This document shows, one piece after another, positions 26,298 to 35,729 of a stretch of DNA of 64,000 nucleotides. The position numbers and the translations under genes are program-made. Each line of letters begins with the position of its first letter. Positions within the stretch are counted from its first letter, which is position 1. The stretch lies in NCBI GenBank assembly GCA_035549175.1, contig DASZRL010000014.1, positions 1,122 through 65,121 on the forward strand, written 5' to 3'. The notes below the pieces were generated by a model. It saw only the letters and a list, made by a program, of their open reading frames with translations. It ran no database searches and was not told where the DNA came from. The DNA comes from Chitinophagaceae bacterium (GTDB lineage Bacteria > Bacteroidota > Bacteroidia > Chitinophagales > Chitinophagaceae).

Positions 26298-27953
26298 TTA
26301 CTTTTTTTTGGGATATCCCGCGGAGGCGTCATTCATCCGGATTTTACGGCCCCGGAAATTCTTGCCGTCGATGGCCCGGATCATTTTTCTGGCCGCCGCC
26401 GCTTCCACTTCGACCCAGCTGTTCATCTCCCGCATGTCGATGCGGCCCAGTACGTCCTTGCCGAGTTCACTCATATCCAGGATGAACTGCAGAAAGCTCG
26501 CCTTGTAAAAGCCATCCCGGGTGCCCAGGTTTACGAACAGCCGTTGATACTCGCCGCGGCTGCCGGCAGCCTGTCCCCGGGATTCGGTCCTGGACGGCCT
26601 GGTGCCCCGTTCGGTGCGGCGCTCCTCGCGCGGGTTCAGATCCGCTGCGTTCTCATAATATTTCAGGAAGCGGTCAAATTCCAGTGCCGCCACGCGCTGC
26701 AGGATTTCTTCCTTGTCCACCGCCGCGAAGCGCTCGCGCAGTACGGGCAGGTAGGTTTCATAGGCGCCGTGGCTGATGTCGGCCTGCTGCAGTTTGTCGA
26801 TGAAATGAAAAAATTGTTTGCGGCAAACGTCCTTGCCGCTGGGAATATCCAGTTTATGGAACCGCGTATTGACCAGTTTTTCGATCTGGCGCAGCCGGTA
26901 CTGTTCCCGCGGCGTGATCAGGGAAACGGATACGCCGCTGCGCCCGGCCCGGCCGGTCCGCCCGCTGCGGTGGGTATACACTTCGGTGTCGTCCGGCAGT
27001 TCATAATGGATGACGTGGGTGATCCCCTGTACGTCGATGCCCCGCGCGGCCACATCGGTGGCGATCAGCAGCTGCAGGTTCTTCTCCCGGAACCGGTTCA
27101 TCACCTTATCCCGCTGGGCCTGGGTCAGGTCCCCGTGAAGCGCCTCGATATCATACCCTTCCCGGATCAGGGATTCGGTGATCTCCTGGGCATCGGCCTT
27201 GGTGCGGGTAAACACAATGCCGTACAGCCCGGGGTTGAAGTCTATGATGCGTTTGAGGGTCTCATAGCGGCTGGCCGCGGCCGTCAGGTAGTACTGGTGG
27301 TCGATATTGGCGTTGGCGGCATTCACTTTCCCGATGGTCACCTCGGTGGGCTCCTGCATATAACGGCGGCTCACCTGCCGGATTTCGGGTGGCATGGTGG
27401 CACTGAACAGCCAGGTGCTGTCGCGCCGCGGCGTGTTCTGCAGGATGAACTCAATATCCTCCTGGAACCCCATGTTCAGCATTTCGTCGGCCTCATCCAG
27501 GACAACATACCGGATCTGATCCAGCTGGATAGCCTTCCGCTCGATCAGATCGATCAACCGGCCCGGTGTGGCCACCACGACCTGGCAGCCCTTGCGCAGG
27601 TCGCGGATCTGCTGGCTGATGGAGGCGCCTCCGTAGACCGCGGTCACCTGGAAACCGGATCCCCGGGGTTTAAACCGGTTCAGGTCGGTGGTGATCTGTA
27701 CACAGAGCTCCCGGGTCGGGCAGATAATCAGGGCCTGGGGCAGCCGCTGGGCCGGATCGGCCAGCTGCAGCAGTGGCAGTCCGAAGGCGGCCGTCTTGCC
27801 GGTGCCGGTCTGGGCGAGCCCGATAAAGTCCCTGGTTCCCCGGAGCAGCACCGGAATCGCCTGCTGCTGGATGGGGGTTGGAGTGGTAAAACCAAGATTT
27901 TCAACGGAATGCAAAAGGCCCTGGTTCAGGCCGAGGGATTCAAAGGTGGTCAC
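26298..27953 (-). CDS. DEAD-box ATP-dependent RNA helicase with C-terminal DbpA-type RNA-binding domain
   Basis: 551 aa with a Q-motif (GFTTPTPIQQQAIP), AQTGTGKT, VLDEADEM, SAT, HRSGRTGRAG and a C-terminal RRM-like tail. Confidence 0.93.
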   Translation of the reverse strand: MTTFESLGLNQGLLHSVENLGFTTPTPIQQQAIPVLLRGTRDFIGLAQTGTGKTAAFGLPLLQLADPAQRLPQALIICPTRELCVQITTDLNRFKPRGSGFQVTAVYGGASISQQIRDLRKGCQVVVATPGRLIDLIERKAIQLDQIRYVVLDEADEMLNMGFQEDIEFILQNTPRRDSTWLFSATMPPEIRQVSRRYMQEPTEVTIGKVNAANANIDHQYYLTAAASRYETLKRIIDFNPGLYGIVFTRTKADAQEITESLIREGYDIEALHGDLTQAQRDKVMNRFREKNLQLLIATDVAARGIDVQGITHVIHYELPDDTEVYTHRSGRTGRAGRSGVSVSLITPREQYRLRQIEKLVNTRFHKLDIPSGKDVCRKQFFHFIDKLQQADISHGAYETYLPVLRERFAAVDKEEILQRVAALEFDRFLKYYENAADLNPREERRTERGTRPSRTESRGQAAGSRGEYQRLFVNLGTRDGFYKASFLQFILDMSELGKDVLGRIDMREMNSWVEVEAAAARKMIRAIDGKNFRGRKIRMNDASAGYPKKK

Positions 27954-28010
27954 GTCTTGTCAGTGGGATTTGATAAAGACTGCAAAAATAGCCTAAAACA
28001 GGGAGCAGGA

Positions 28011-28045
28011 AAAGAAAAAGGCCCTCCCGGGAACGGGACGGCCTC
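28011..28045 (-). terminator. Intrinsic terminator after the small lipoprotein gene
   Basis: The minus strand reads AGGCCGUCCCG-UUCC-CGGGAGGGCCU (one mismatch) followed by UUUUUCUUUU. Confidence 0.55.
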
Positions 28046-28074
28046 TAACGATTGCTTGCCATATGAAAAAAAAC

Positions 28075-28269
28075 TTACTTCTTCGTAGTGTCCTTCTTGG
28101 CGGTAGTGTCAGCAGCAGGCATCTTCATGGAAGTGTCTTGCTTGGCAGTAGTGTCCTGAGCAGGAGCGGGTTGAACGGTGGTGGTGTCCCCGGAGGTCTT
28201 GGAACCTTCGCTAGCGTTGTTGCAGGCTACGAAACCGGCTACGGCCATAACGGCTAAAAGCTTTTTCAT
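28075..28269 (-). CDS. Small secreted lipoprotein with DTT(A/K)K repeats, hypothetical
   Basis: 64 aa: MKKLLAVMAVAGFVAC (lipobox) followed by a low-complexity Thr/Asp/Lys-rich tail. It has its own terminator and an AT-rich upstream region. Confidence 0.55.
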   Translation of the reverse strand: MKKLLAVMAVAGFVACNNASEGSKTSGDTTTVQPAPAQDTTAKQDTSMKMPAADTTAKKDTTKK

Positions 28270-28386
28270 GCGTTAATTGTTTTTAATTTGTAATTACAAA
28301 AGATTTCCCATTTATACCCGAAACGGGGAAAGGTAACCCGGCCGGTCAAAATATTTTTTTCGGGGCCGGCGGCGGGTTACTATTTA

Positions 28387-28394
28387 TAGATTTG
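28387..28394 (+). promoter_or_regulatory. Candidate -7 box (TAGATTTG) upstream of the ECF sigma gene
   Basis: TAGATTTG lies 20 nt before the GTG start at 28415. Confidence 0.3.
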
Positions 28395-28414
28395 CGTATT
28401 AAATAACGGAGTCA

Positions 28415-28981
28415 GTGAATCAACCGGTAAACGAACAGTTGTTATTACAGGGATTGGCGCAGAACGACAGGCGGGCGGTGGACACCATTTATAAGGAGAA
28501 TTATAACATGGTTCAGTCATTGATTCTCAACAATAATGGCACGGCCGAGGATGCCAAGGACCTGTTCCAGGAAGCCATGGTCGTTCTGTACGAGAAGGTC
28601 CGCGCGGGTAACTTCGAGCTGCACTGCCAGATCAAGACCTACCTGTATTCGGTCAGCCGGAGGCTGTGGCTCAAGCGGTTGCAGCAAATGAACCGGTTTA
28701 CCGAGATTCCCAGCGGGGAGGAACTGGTTCCGGTGGAAGAGGAACTTGAACACCACGCCCAGCGCAACCAGGAATTCGAGATGATGGAAAAGGCCATTGG
28801 CAGTCTGGGTGAGCCCTGCCGGAGCCTGCTGGAGGCTTACTACCTGCAGCAGCGCAATATGCAGGAAATCGCGGCGGATTTCGGCTATACCAATGCCGAC
28901 AACGCCAAGAACCAGAAGTACAAGTGCCTGATGCGACTGAAGAAAATATTCTTTGCTCAATATAAAAACGGGGAAAAGTGA
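28415..28981 (+). CDS. ECF-type RNA polymerase sigma-70 family factor
   Basis: 188 aa with a GTG start. Region 2 (DLFQEAMVVLYEKV...YLYSVSRRLWLKR) and region 4 HTH (LQQRNMQEIAADFGYTNADNAKNQKYKCLMRLKK). Confidence 0.9.
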   Translation: MNQPVNEQLLLQGLAQNDRRAVDTIYKENYNMVQSLILNNNGTAEDAKDLFQEAMVVLYEKVRAGNFELHCQIKTYLYSVSRRLWLKRLQQMNRFTEIPSGEELVPVEEELEHHAQRNQEFEMMEKAIGSLGEPCRSLLEAYYLQQRNMQEIAADFGYTNADNAKNQKYKCLMRLKKIFFAQYKNGEK

Positions 28982-30090
28982 ACGACGAAATTACCTTACT
29001 GGATGCGGTGGAACGGTATATCCGTGGCGAGATGAACCCGGATGAACGCCTGTATTTCGAGCAACTGCGCAAGACCAGCCCGGAGGTGGATCAGATGGTG
29101 GTGGAACATACCCTGTTTATCCAGCAGATGAACCGGTTCGGCGAGTGGAAGAAATTCAAGAACACCCTGCACGACGTACATACCGACCTGGCCGGCCAGG
29201 GACGGATCCATGCCGACCGCCTCAAGGGCCGCGAACGCGTGGTTTACCTGTGGAACCGCTATAAGCGGGTGGCAGCCATCGCAGCTTCGATCGCGGGTGT
29301 TACCGCCATCGGGATCTCCACCCTCGTCAACTCCATCACGCCCCACGCCAAAAACGAGCAGGTCCAGCAGCTGGTTTACGAGGTCAACAACATCAAGGCC
29401 TTCACCCAGAAGCTGGATAACAAGATTGACCGGGTGGACCAGAAAAGCACCTACAATAACGTCATCAACGCCCCGGTGCGTTACAACGGGACCGGCTTCC
29501 TGGTCGACGGACGGGGCCTGCTGGTCACCAATGCCCACGTGGTCAAGAATTCCCAGAACATCTTTATCCAGAATAACAAGGGAGACCAGTTCAAGGCCTT
29601 CGTGGTCAGGCTGGATATCCCGCGTGATATCGCCATCCTGAAGATCGACGACGACCGCTATAAGCCGGCCGGTTCCCTCCCCTATGGAATCCGCAAATCC
29701 GCTTCGGACCTGGCCGAACCCGTCTTCACGCTGGGTTATCCCCGCGACGAGATCGTTTACGGGGAAGGTTACCTGAGTGCGAAGACCGGATTCAATGGAG
29801 ATACGCTCAGCTGCCAGATCGGCATCGCAGCCAATCCCGGCAACAGCGGCGGGCCCGTTTTTAACCGTAACGGAGAAGTAATCGGCATCCTCAGCACCAA
29901 GGAAAAGCAGGCGGAAGGCGTAGTCTTTGCGATCCAGTCCCGCTACATCCTTCAGGCGCTGGATGAATTACGCAAGGATTCTCTCTACCACAACCTCAGG
30001 GTGCCGACCGCATCCACGCTTACCGGGGTGGACAAGGTCCAGCAGGCCAAAAAGCTCCAGGATTATGTCTATATGGTGAAGGGCGACTAA
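28978..30090 (+). CDS. Single-pass membrane protein: anti-sigma-like N-terminus fused to a trypsin-like (S1) serine protease domain
   Basis: GTG start overlaps the sigma stop (GTGA). N-terminus LLDAVERYIRGEMNPDERLYFEQL resembles anti-sigma factor N-termini. TM segment VAAIAASIAGVTAIGISTLV. Catalytic triad contexts TNAHVV, DIAILKI and GNSGGPVF. Confidence 0.8.
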   Translation: MNDEITLLDAVERYIRGEMNPDERLYFEQLRKTSPEVDQMVVEHTLFIQQMNRFGEWKKFKNTLHDVHTDLAGQGRIHADRLKGRERVVYLWNRYKRVAAIAASIAGVTAIGISTLVNSITPHAKNEQVQQLVYEVNNIKAFTQKLDNKIDRVDQKSTYNNVINAPVRYNGTGFLVDGRGLLVTNAHVVKNSQNIFIQNNKGDQFKAFVVRLDIPRDIAILKIDDDRYKPAGSLPYGIRKSASDLAEPVFTLGYPRDEIVYGEGYLSAKTGFNGDTLSCQIGIAANPGNSGGPVFNRNGEVIGILSTKEKQAEGVVFAIQSRYILQALDELRKDSLYHNLRVPTASTLTGVDKVQQAKKLQDYVYMVKGD

Positions 30091-30112
30091 GAATAACAGC
30101 CCCTAGAAATCG

Positions 30113-30146
30113 AAAAGAGGTCATTCCCGGCGGGATGACCTCTTTT
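30113..30146. terminator. Bidirectional intrinsic terminator between convergent genes
   Basis: AAAAGAGGTCAT (30113-30124) pairs with ATGACCTCTTTT (30135-30146). A and T runs lie on both sides. Confidence 0.7.
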
Positions 30147-30181
30147 CGTCATATCTGGTCAGGCCCTGTCGCCCGTTCTGA

Positions 30182-31075
30182 TTACCAAAGGTGGGAAGGA
30201 TACTCACCATCCCGGATCAGCGTATCCAGGCTCTGCTGTACCCCCGGCGCGTCCTCCTTGTAGGTGACGCCGAACCACTGGGCCGTGGTGGGGATCAGGT
30301 CGATCACGCCGCCCTCTCGGATAAACTGGTCGGCCACGATGGGGATGAAAAACTCCGATTTGGGTTTGGTGCCATGCTGCTGGAGAAACTCCCGGAACAT
30401 CCGCGCCGTATAGGGAAAGATGGCCGGATGAAAGCACCAGAAATTCATGGAGACATGCGTAGACAGGGGCAATTCTTTCGGTTCATGTTCGTCGTCGCAA
30501 AGGATGCGTCCCTCCGCCCGGGCAATGTTCAGGCGTTCCACGATCGAGCTGAGATGGCCCTGGGCGTCCACCCGGCACACGCCCCGGTTGACCGTCCCGT
30601 GGTCGGACAGGGTTTTGAGCAGGTCGTACCCGATGATGGCAAACCGTTTGGCATCGCAGCCGTCCACCAGGAAACCGTGTGCCTTGCGAAAGGCGTCCTG
30701 CCCATAGAAATCATCGGCGTTGATGACCGCAAAGGGCTCCCGGATGGCCTGCTGGGCGCAGAGCACGGCATGGGCAGTCCCCCAGGGTTTCTTACGGTCC
30801 GCGGGAATGGGGTACCCCTCGGTAAAGCGGTCCATTTCCTGGTAGACATAGTCCGTTTCGATGCGGCCCCGGAGCCTGGGTTCAAAGATCGCCTTGAAAT
30901 TATCGGCAAACTCCTCGCGGATGATGAATACCACCTTGCCAAATCCAGCCCGGATGGCATCATAAATGGAATAGTCCATGATGGTCTCGCCTCCCGGTCC
31001 GAATCCTTCGATCTGTTTCATGCTGCCGTAACGGGAAGCCATGCCTGCTGCCAGGATCAACAACGTAGGTTTCAT
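30182..31075 (-). CDS. Sugar-phosphate nucleotidyltransferase family protein
   Basis: Start at MKPTLLILAAGMASRYG (NTP-transferase G-loop LAAGxxxR). 297 aa. The track start at 31132 adds 19 poorly fitting residues. Confidence 0.8.
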   Translation of the reverse strand: MKPTLLILAAGMASRYGSMKQIEGFGPGGETIMDYSIYDAIRAGFGKVVFIIREEFADNFKAIFEPRLRGRIETDYVYQEMDRFTEGYPIPADRKKPWGTAHAVLCAQQAIREPFAVINADDFYGQDAFRKAHGFLVDGCDAKRFAIIGYDLLKTLSDHGTVNRGVCRVDAQGHLSSIVERLNIARAEGRILCDDEHEPKELPLSTHVSMNFWCFHPAIFPYTARMFREFLQQHGTKPKSEFFIPIVADQFIREGGVIDLIPTTAQWFGVTYKEDAPGVQQSLDTLIRDGEYPSHLW

Positions 31076-31157
31076 GTAATCTGTTTTATTCAGGGGCCAA
31101 AGGTAAAGCAAATTGCCGCCCGTCCCGTACATTTACTCCACACTGGCCCTGGCCCGC

Positions 31158-32060
31158 ATGCTCAGTACCGAATTCAACCCGATCAGCACCACACCCGTCC
31201 GTTCCCCGGTATTTACTGACCGCGGGCTAACGGTCCATGTTTTGCGTCTGGACCGCCTGCATCCCATAGTCTCCGGCAACAAATGGTTCAAGCTGACCGG
31301 GTACCTCGCGCAGGCGCGATCGAAGAACCTGACGCGGATCGTGACCTTCGGGGGCCCCTACTCCAACCACCTGGTGGCGACGGCCTTCGCCTGCAGCCGG
31401 CAGGGACTTGCCAGCACCGGCATCGTGCGGGGAACCGAGCCGTCGGTGCTATCCCACAGCCTGCGGACAGCGCTGGGGCATGGGATGCAGCTCGTTTTCC
31501 AGGAGCGGCGGCAATTCGACGGCAGGACACTGCCGGCTACGCTGCGGCAGGAGGCCGGTTCCTGCCTGGTCATCCCCCAGGGCGGTTACGGACTCCTCGG
31601 CGCCCGCGGCGCGGAGGCCATCCTGGCCGGCTGCCCTGACCTGGCCGTATCCCACATTGTCTGCGCCGTGGGAACCGGGACCACACTGGCCGGCCTGATC
31701 CGGGCCGCGCGTCCCGGCCAGCAGGTTCTGGGCATTTCGGTGTTCAAAAACAATTCGGGCCTCGAAGCGCTGGTGGGCGCCCTGCTCCCGGAGGGGGACG
31801 GGACACCCGACTGGCAGATATGCCATGATTACCCCTTCCGGGGCTACGGCCGGCCCACCGCTGAGCTGATCGCCTTCATGAACCGGTGGTACCTGGAAAC
31901 CGGCCTGCCCACTGACTTTGTCTATACAGCCCGGCTTTTTTTTGCCGCGGAGGACCTGGCGAAACGGGGTTTTTTTGCGCCGGGAAGCCATCTGCTGCTG
32001 ATCCACACCGGCGGGCTCCAGGGCAATGACTCGCTGCCAGCGGGGACCCTGGTTTTCTGA
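31158..32060 (+). CDS. PLP-dependent ACC deaminase / D-cysteine desulfhydrase family protein
   Basis: SGNKWFKL (PLP lysine context), FGGPYSNHLVATA and GTGTTLAG. An alternative start lies at 31113. Confidence 0.8.
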   Translation: MLSTEFNPISTTPVRSPVFTDRGLTVHVLRLDRLHPIVSGNKWFKLTGYLAQARSKNLTRIVTFGGPYSNHLVATAFACSRQGLASTGIVRGTEPSVLSHSLRTALGHGMQLVFQERRQFDGRTLPATLRQEAGSCLVIPQGGYGLLGARGAEAILAGCPDLAVSHIVCAVGTGTTLAGLIRAARPGQQVLGISVFKNNSGLEALVGALLPEGDGTPDWQICHDYPFRGYGRPTAELIAFMNRWYLETGLPTDFVYTARLFFAAEDLAKRGFFAPGSHLLLIHTGGLQGNDSLPAGTLVF

Positions 32061-32143
32061 GGCCCCCGGGAATTGCCTCAAACAGTATATTTGCAGCGGA
32101 AGACCTGCTTCCTGAATCCGCTTCCCCTAAGCATGCACGGAAT

Positions 32144-32863
32144 ATGAAAAAATCGCTGATCACCGCATCCCTTTTAATCTTCCTCGCCCTGCGGGGCCTT
32201 GCCCAGGATACCCTTCCCGGCTTCAGTGTAAAGAATATCGGAAGCAACCGGATCGTGGTCAGCTGGATCAACCGATACCCCGTCGTGAAACAGATCAGCA
32301 TTCAGCGCTCCTTTGACAGCCTGATCAATTACAAGACGATCCTGTCGGTACCAGATCCCATGGCTACCGAAAACGGTTTCGCCGATCTCAAGGCACCGTC
32401 CCCGCGTATGTTTTACCGGTTGTTCATCGTTTTTGAGCAGGGCGCCTTCGTATTTTCTCCTGCCAGAAGACCCGTGGTCGATTCCACCGTGCGCACCCCG
32501 CCGGACCAGGCCCGCATCGACAAGATCAGCCTGGCGGACTCCGCGCAGCAGGCTGCCGGCCTGCCCGCCAACCCGACCCTGAACGGGAAAAACAATCCCA
32601 ACCCCTTTGTCCCGTCCATGCATGTGTTTACCTACAAAGACGGCAACGTGCGCATCAGCCTGCCGGAAAACTCCGGTCACAAATACAACCTCAAATTCTT
32701 CGGGGACGATAACAGCCTGTTATTCGAGATCCATGATCTCCGGGAAACCCCGGTTCTGCTGGACAAGGCCAACTTCTACCATGCGGGCTGGTTTCATTTT
32801 GAGCTCTACGAGGACGGGAAGCTGATCGAGAAGAACAAATTCTATCTGGCCAAGCCATTCTGA
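32144..32863 (+). CDS. Hypothetical secreted protein (two beta-sandwich-like halves)
   Basis: 239 aa with signal peptide MKKSLITASLLIFLALRGLAQ. No motif recognised. Confidence 0.55.
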   Translation: MKKSLITASLLIFLALRGLAQDTLPGFSVKNIGSNRIVVSWINRYPVVKQISIQRSFDSLINYKTILSVPDPMATENGFADLKAPSPRMFYRLFIVFEQGAFVFSPARRPVVDSTVRTPPDQARIDKISLADSAQQAAGLPANPTLNGKNNPNPFVPSMHVFTYKDGNVRISLPENSGHKYNLKFFGDDNSLLFEIHDLRETPVLLDKANFYHAGWFHFELYEDGKLIEKNKFYLAKPF

Positions 32864-32867
32864 AGGC

Positions 32868-33617
32868 TTACCCCATCGGCCCCGCGGACGCGTCCGGGGC
32901 ATCCAGGAGCCGCACGGAAAATACCTCTTCAAAATGTGCCCGGATCCGCTGCCTGACTTCCCCCAGGTCCATTTCGCGGCTCAGTTCCCGTTGCAGGGAG
33001 GTTACCTGTTTGTCGCGGATGCCGCAGGGAACGATATGCTCAAAGTAGGACAGGTCTGTGTTGACGTTAAAAGCAAAGCCATGCATGGTAATCCAGCGGC
33101 TGCACCGCACGCCGATGGCGCAGATCTTGCGCTCCCGGCCGCGGACCTGCGGATCCAGCCACACGCCGGTTTCCCCCGGAGACCGGTCACCATCGATGCC
33201 ATAATCCGACAGGGTGCGGATGATCACTTCTTCCACATTGCGCAGGTACCGGCCGATATCGGTATAAAACCGCTCCAGGTCCAGGATCGGGTAACCTACC
33301 ACCTGGCCAGGTCCGTGGAAGGTGATATCCCCGCCGCGGTTGATGCGGTAAAAGGCGATTCCCCGGCTGGCGCATTCCGCTTCGGTGATCAGCAGGTTCC
33401 CGGGGTTGCCGCTTTTACCCAGGGTATAGACCGGCGGATGTTCGACCAGCAGCAGGTGGTGCGTGGTTTCGGCCAGCGGGGAGCCGGTGGCAGGCCCCGC
33501 CGCATAGGCAAGCGCTTTGACCGCCACATTCTGCTGGAGCAGCTGTTCCTGGTAATCCCAGACGGGTTTATAGGCCTGGTACCCCAGGTCCTGGAATAGT
33601 ACATTTTGCGGGTCCAT
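32868..33617 (-). CDS. lipB: Lipoyl(octanoyl) transferase
   Basis: 249 aa: RGGDITFHGPGQVVGYPILDL and catalytic region RKICAIGVR. Confidence 0.93.
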   Translation of the reverse strand: MDPQNVLFQDLGYQAYKPVWDYQEQLLQQNVAVKALAYAAGPATGSPLAETTHHLLLVEHPPVYTLGKSGNPGNLLITEAECASRGIAFYRINRGGDITFHGPGQVVGYPILDLERFYTDIGRYLRNVEEVIIRTLSDYGIDGDRSPGETGVWLDPQVRGRERKICAIGVRCSRWITMHGFAFNVNTDLSYFEHIVPCGIRDKQVTSLQRELSREMDLGEVRQRIRAHFEEVFSVRLLDAPDASAGPMG

Positions 33618-33692
33618 ACCGGCTGCAAATGTACCACCAAGCCGCCACTTCTGTTATATTTGCCGGATTGCGTAAACCAGCCCTCCAGCCAC

Positions 33693-34754
33693 ATGAAGGA
33701 AATGAAGGATCCCCGGGACCCGGCCCTGCCGGACAGCAGCGATGAACTCTATGAGCGGTTCAGTTTTACCGTCGACCGGGGCCAGGAGCCGCTGCGGATC
33801 GACAAGTTCCTGATGAACCGGATCGAAGGGGCCACGCGTAACAAGCTGCAGCAGGCCATCAACGCCGGCCTGGTACTGGTCCATGGCAAGGAAGTGCGAC
33901 CCAATTACAAGGTCCGCCCCCTGGATGAAATCCTGGTCTATTCCGACATGAATCCCGAAGAGACCGACGTGCTGCCGGAACCGATTCCCCTTAACATCGT
34001 CCATGAAGACGCCGACCTGCTGGTGATCAACAAGCCGGCAGGCCTGGTGGTCCATCCCGGCAGCGGCAATTATACCGGCACGCTGCTGAACGGGGTGGCC
34101 TGGTACCTGCAGCAGCAGCATCCCGGCCTTACGGAGGCCAACCTGCCCCGCTTCGGGCTGGTCCACCGCATCGACAAAAACACCAGCGGACTGCTGGTCC
34201 TTGCCAAGACAGACCGCGCCATGCGCCTGCTGGCCAAACAGTTTTATGACCATACCGTACGGCGCCAGTATATTGCCCTGGTATGGGGAGAACTGCAGGA
34301 TGACAGCGGCACCATCCGGGCCCACGTCGGACGCAACCTGCGGCACCGTAAGCTTTTTGAAGCCTACCCGGAAGGCGACCACGGGAAGGAGGCCATTACG
34401 CATTACCGGGTCCTGGAGCGCTTCGGATACGTGACCCTGGTAGCCTGTGAGCTGGAGACGGGGCGCACCCACCAGATCCGGGTCCATATGAAATACCTGG
34501 GACACCCCTTGTTCAACGACGATTTTTACGGGGGAGACCGGATTGTAAAGGGGACGGTCTATGCCAGGTATAAGCAGTTCGTGGAAAACTGTTTTGCCCT
34601 CTGCCCGCGACAAGCGCTACACGCCCGCACCCTGGGCTTTGTCCATCCCACCACCGGCCAGGAGATCTTTTTCGAGTCCCCCCTGCCTGCGGATATGGAA
34701 GCCGTGATCACCAAATGGCGGGAATACGCCCGCAACCGGGGGGCTGCCCGGTAA
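33693..34754 (+). CDS. rluD: RluA-family 23S rRNA pseudouridine synthase (RluD-like) with S4 domain
   Basis: ATG at 33693 (MKEMKDPR...). S4-like LRIDKFL and catalytic HRIDKNTSGLLVLAK. Confidence 0.9.
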   Translation: MKEMKDPRDPALPDSSDELYERFSFTVDRGQEPLRIDKFLMNRIEGATRNKLQQAINAGLVLVHGKEVRPNYKVRPLDEILVYSDMNPEETDVLPEPIPLNIVHEDADLLVINKPAGLVVHPGSGNYTGTLLNGVAWYLQQQHPGLTEANLPRFGLVHRIDKNTSGLLVLAKTDRAMRLLAKQFYDHTVRRQYIALVWGELQDDSGTIRAHVGRNLRHRKLFEAYPEGDHGKEAITHYRVLERFGYVTLVACELETGRTHQIRVHMKYLGHPLFNDDFYGGDRIVKGTVYARYKQFVENCFALCPRQALHARTLGFVHPTTGQEIFFESPLPADMEAVITKWREYARNRGAAR

Positions 34755-34766
34755 GGCTCTCCGCAT

Positions 34767-35717
34767 TCAGGGGGCATCCGGCGTAAAATCAAACAGGGTG
34801 GCCGTAAAAAGGCCGCGTTCCCGTTTTTTGAGCCACACACTCCAGTTCCCCTGGTAACGCAGTACCCGGGGCACCAGCAGGTCGCCGAAGCGGCCCATCC
34901 GGACTTCCATGTGCACCGCAAAATCGTAGACGCCGGCATCAAAGCTGAGATCATAATTACGGGCCATGACCTCCATGGTGCGCGTGCTGAACCAGGTAGT
35001 CATCTGGTCCAGCACGACCTGGTCCCGGTCGGAAGCATCCAGGTCGGCGCGCGCCTGCACGCGAAAAATATAGCAGGGCTCGCCCTCGGAGTCCCCGTAG
35101 TCAATCCGGAAATCATAGTATTTGGCCACCTCGGGATCGAACAGGTTGAGTTTGTTGCCGATAAAGGGAACGCCCGGAATCCTTTTGCCGGGGTCAAAGA
35201 ACAGCATCTCGAGCTGTTCCTGGTGCTTTTCCAGGCCGTGCTTGGATCCCGGGGAAAAACGGCTGTCGCGCACAATATTGGTTTCCCCGCAGACCTGGCC
35301 TTCGGTGAGAAACAGGCTGGCATAGAGTTCCGCAGTGTAATAATTATACCGGCCGCGGCGGTCATAAAAGTCACCGGTCGTGGTTTCACTGATCTTGTCC
35401 ATCGTCCGGCAGCCGCCGTGGCGGTGCTGGATGGTTTTACTCTGCAGCGAGGCCTGGACCCGGCCCCGCCGGTCCAGCATCCGGATATCGTTCAGGGAGG
35501 TGTAGCCTACCGTTCGCAGGGTCCGGAAGGCTTTGTAGAAGGTCGTATCCTGGCGGACCCGTTCCAGGAAAGCGGCCGGGTCCAGGCCGGAGCGCACTAC
35601 CACTTCCGAAAGGCTGATCATATGGACAACGCGCTCATCCACCAGCGAATCCGGCTGCTGGCCACGCAACAGGGCAGGCCATAGCAGCAGGACCACGGGC
35701 AGGACGTGTGCGCGCAT
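34767..35717 (-). CDS. Hypothetical secreted protein
   Basis: 316 aa with signal peptide MRAHVLPVVLLLWPALLRGQ. No recognisable catalytic motif. Confidence 0.55.
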   Translation of the reverse strand: MRAHVLPVVLLLWPALLRGQQPDSLVDERVVHMISLSEVVVRSGLDPAAFLERVRQDTTFYKAFRTLRTVGYTSLNDIRMLDRRGRVQASLQSKTIQHRHGGCRTMDKISETTTGDFYDRRGRYNYYTAELYASLFLTEGQVCGETNIVRDSRFSPGSKHGLEKHQEQLEMLFFDPGKRIPGVPFIGNKLNLFDPEVAKYYDFRIDYGDSEGEPCYIFRVQARADLDASDRDQVVLDQMTTWFSTRTMEVMARNYDLSFDAGVYDFAVHMEVRMGRFGDLLVPRVLRYQGNWSVWLKKRERGLFTATLFDFTPDAP

Positions 35718-35729
35718 GGGCGGTAATGA

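Noticed and set aside
28330-28380. Long imperfect hairpin GTAACCCGGCCGG...CCGGCGGCGGGTTAC between the small lipoprotein and the ECF sigma gene, considered as an ECF-type autoregulated promoter or riboswitch
   Set aside because: The spacing between the AAC-like and TCG-like elements (about 23 nt) does not fit ECF -35/-10 geometry, and no known RNA motif is recognised. It may simply be a divergent-promoter insulator. The evidence is insufficient to report.
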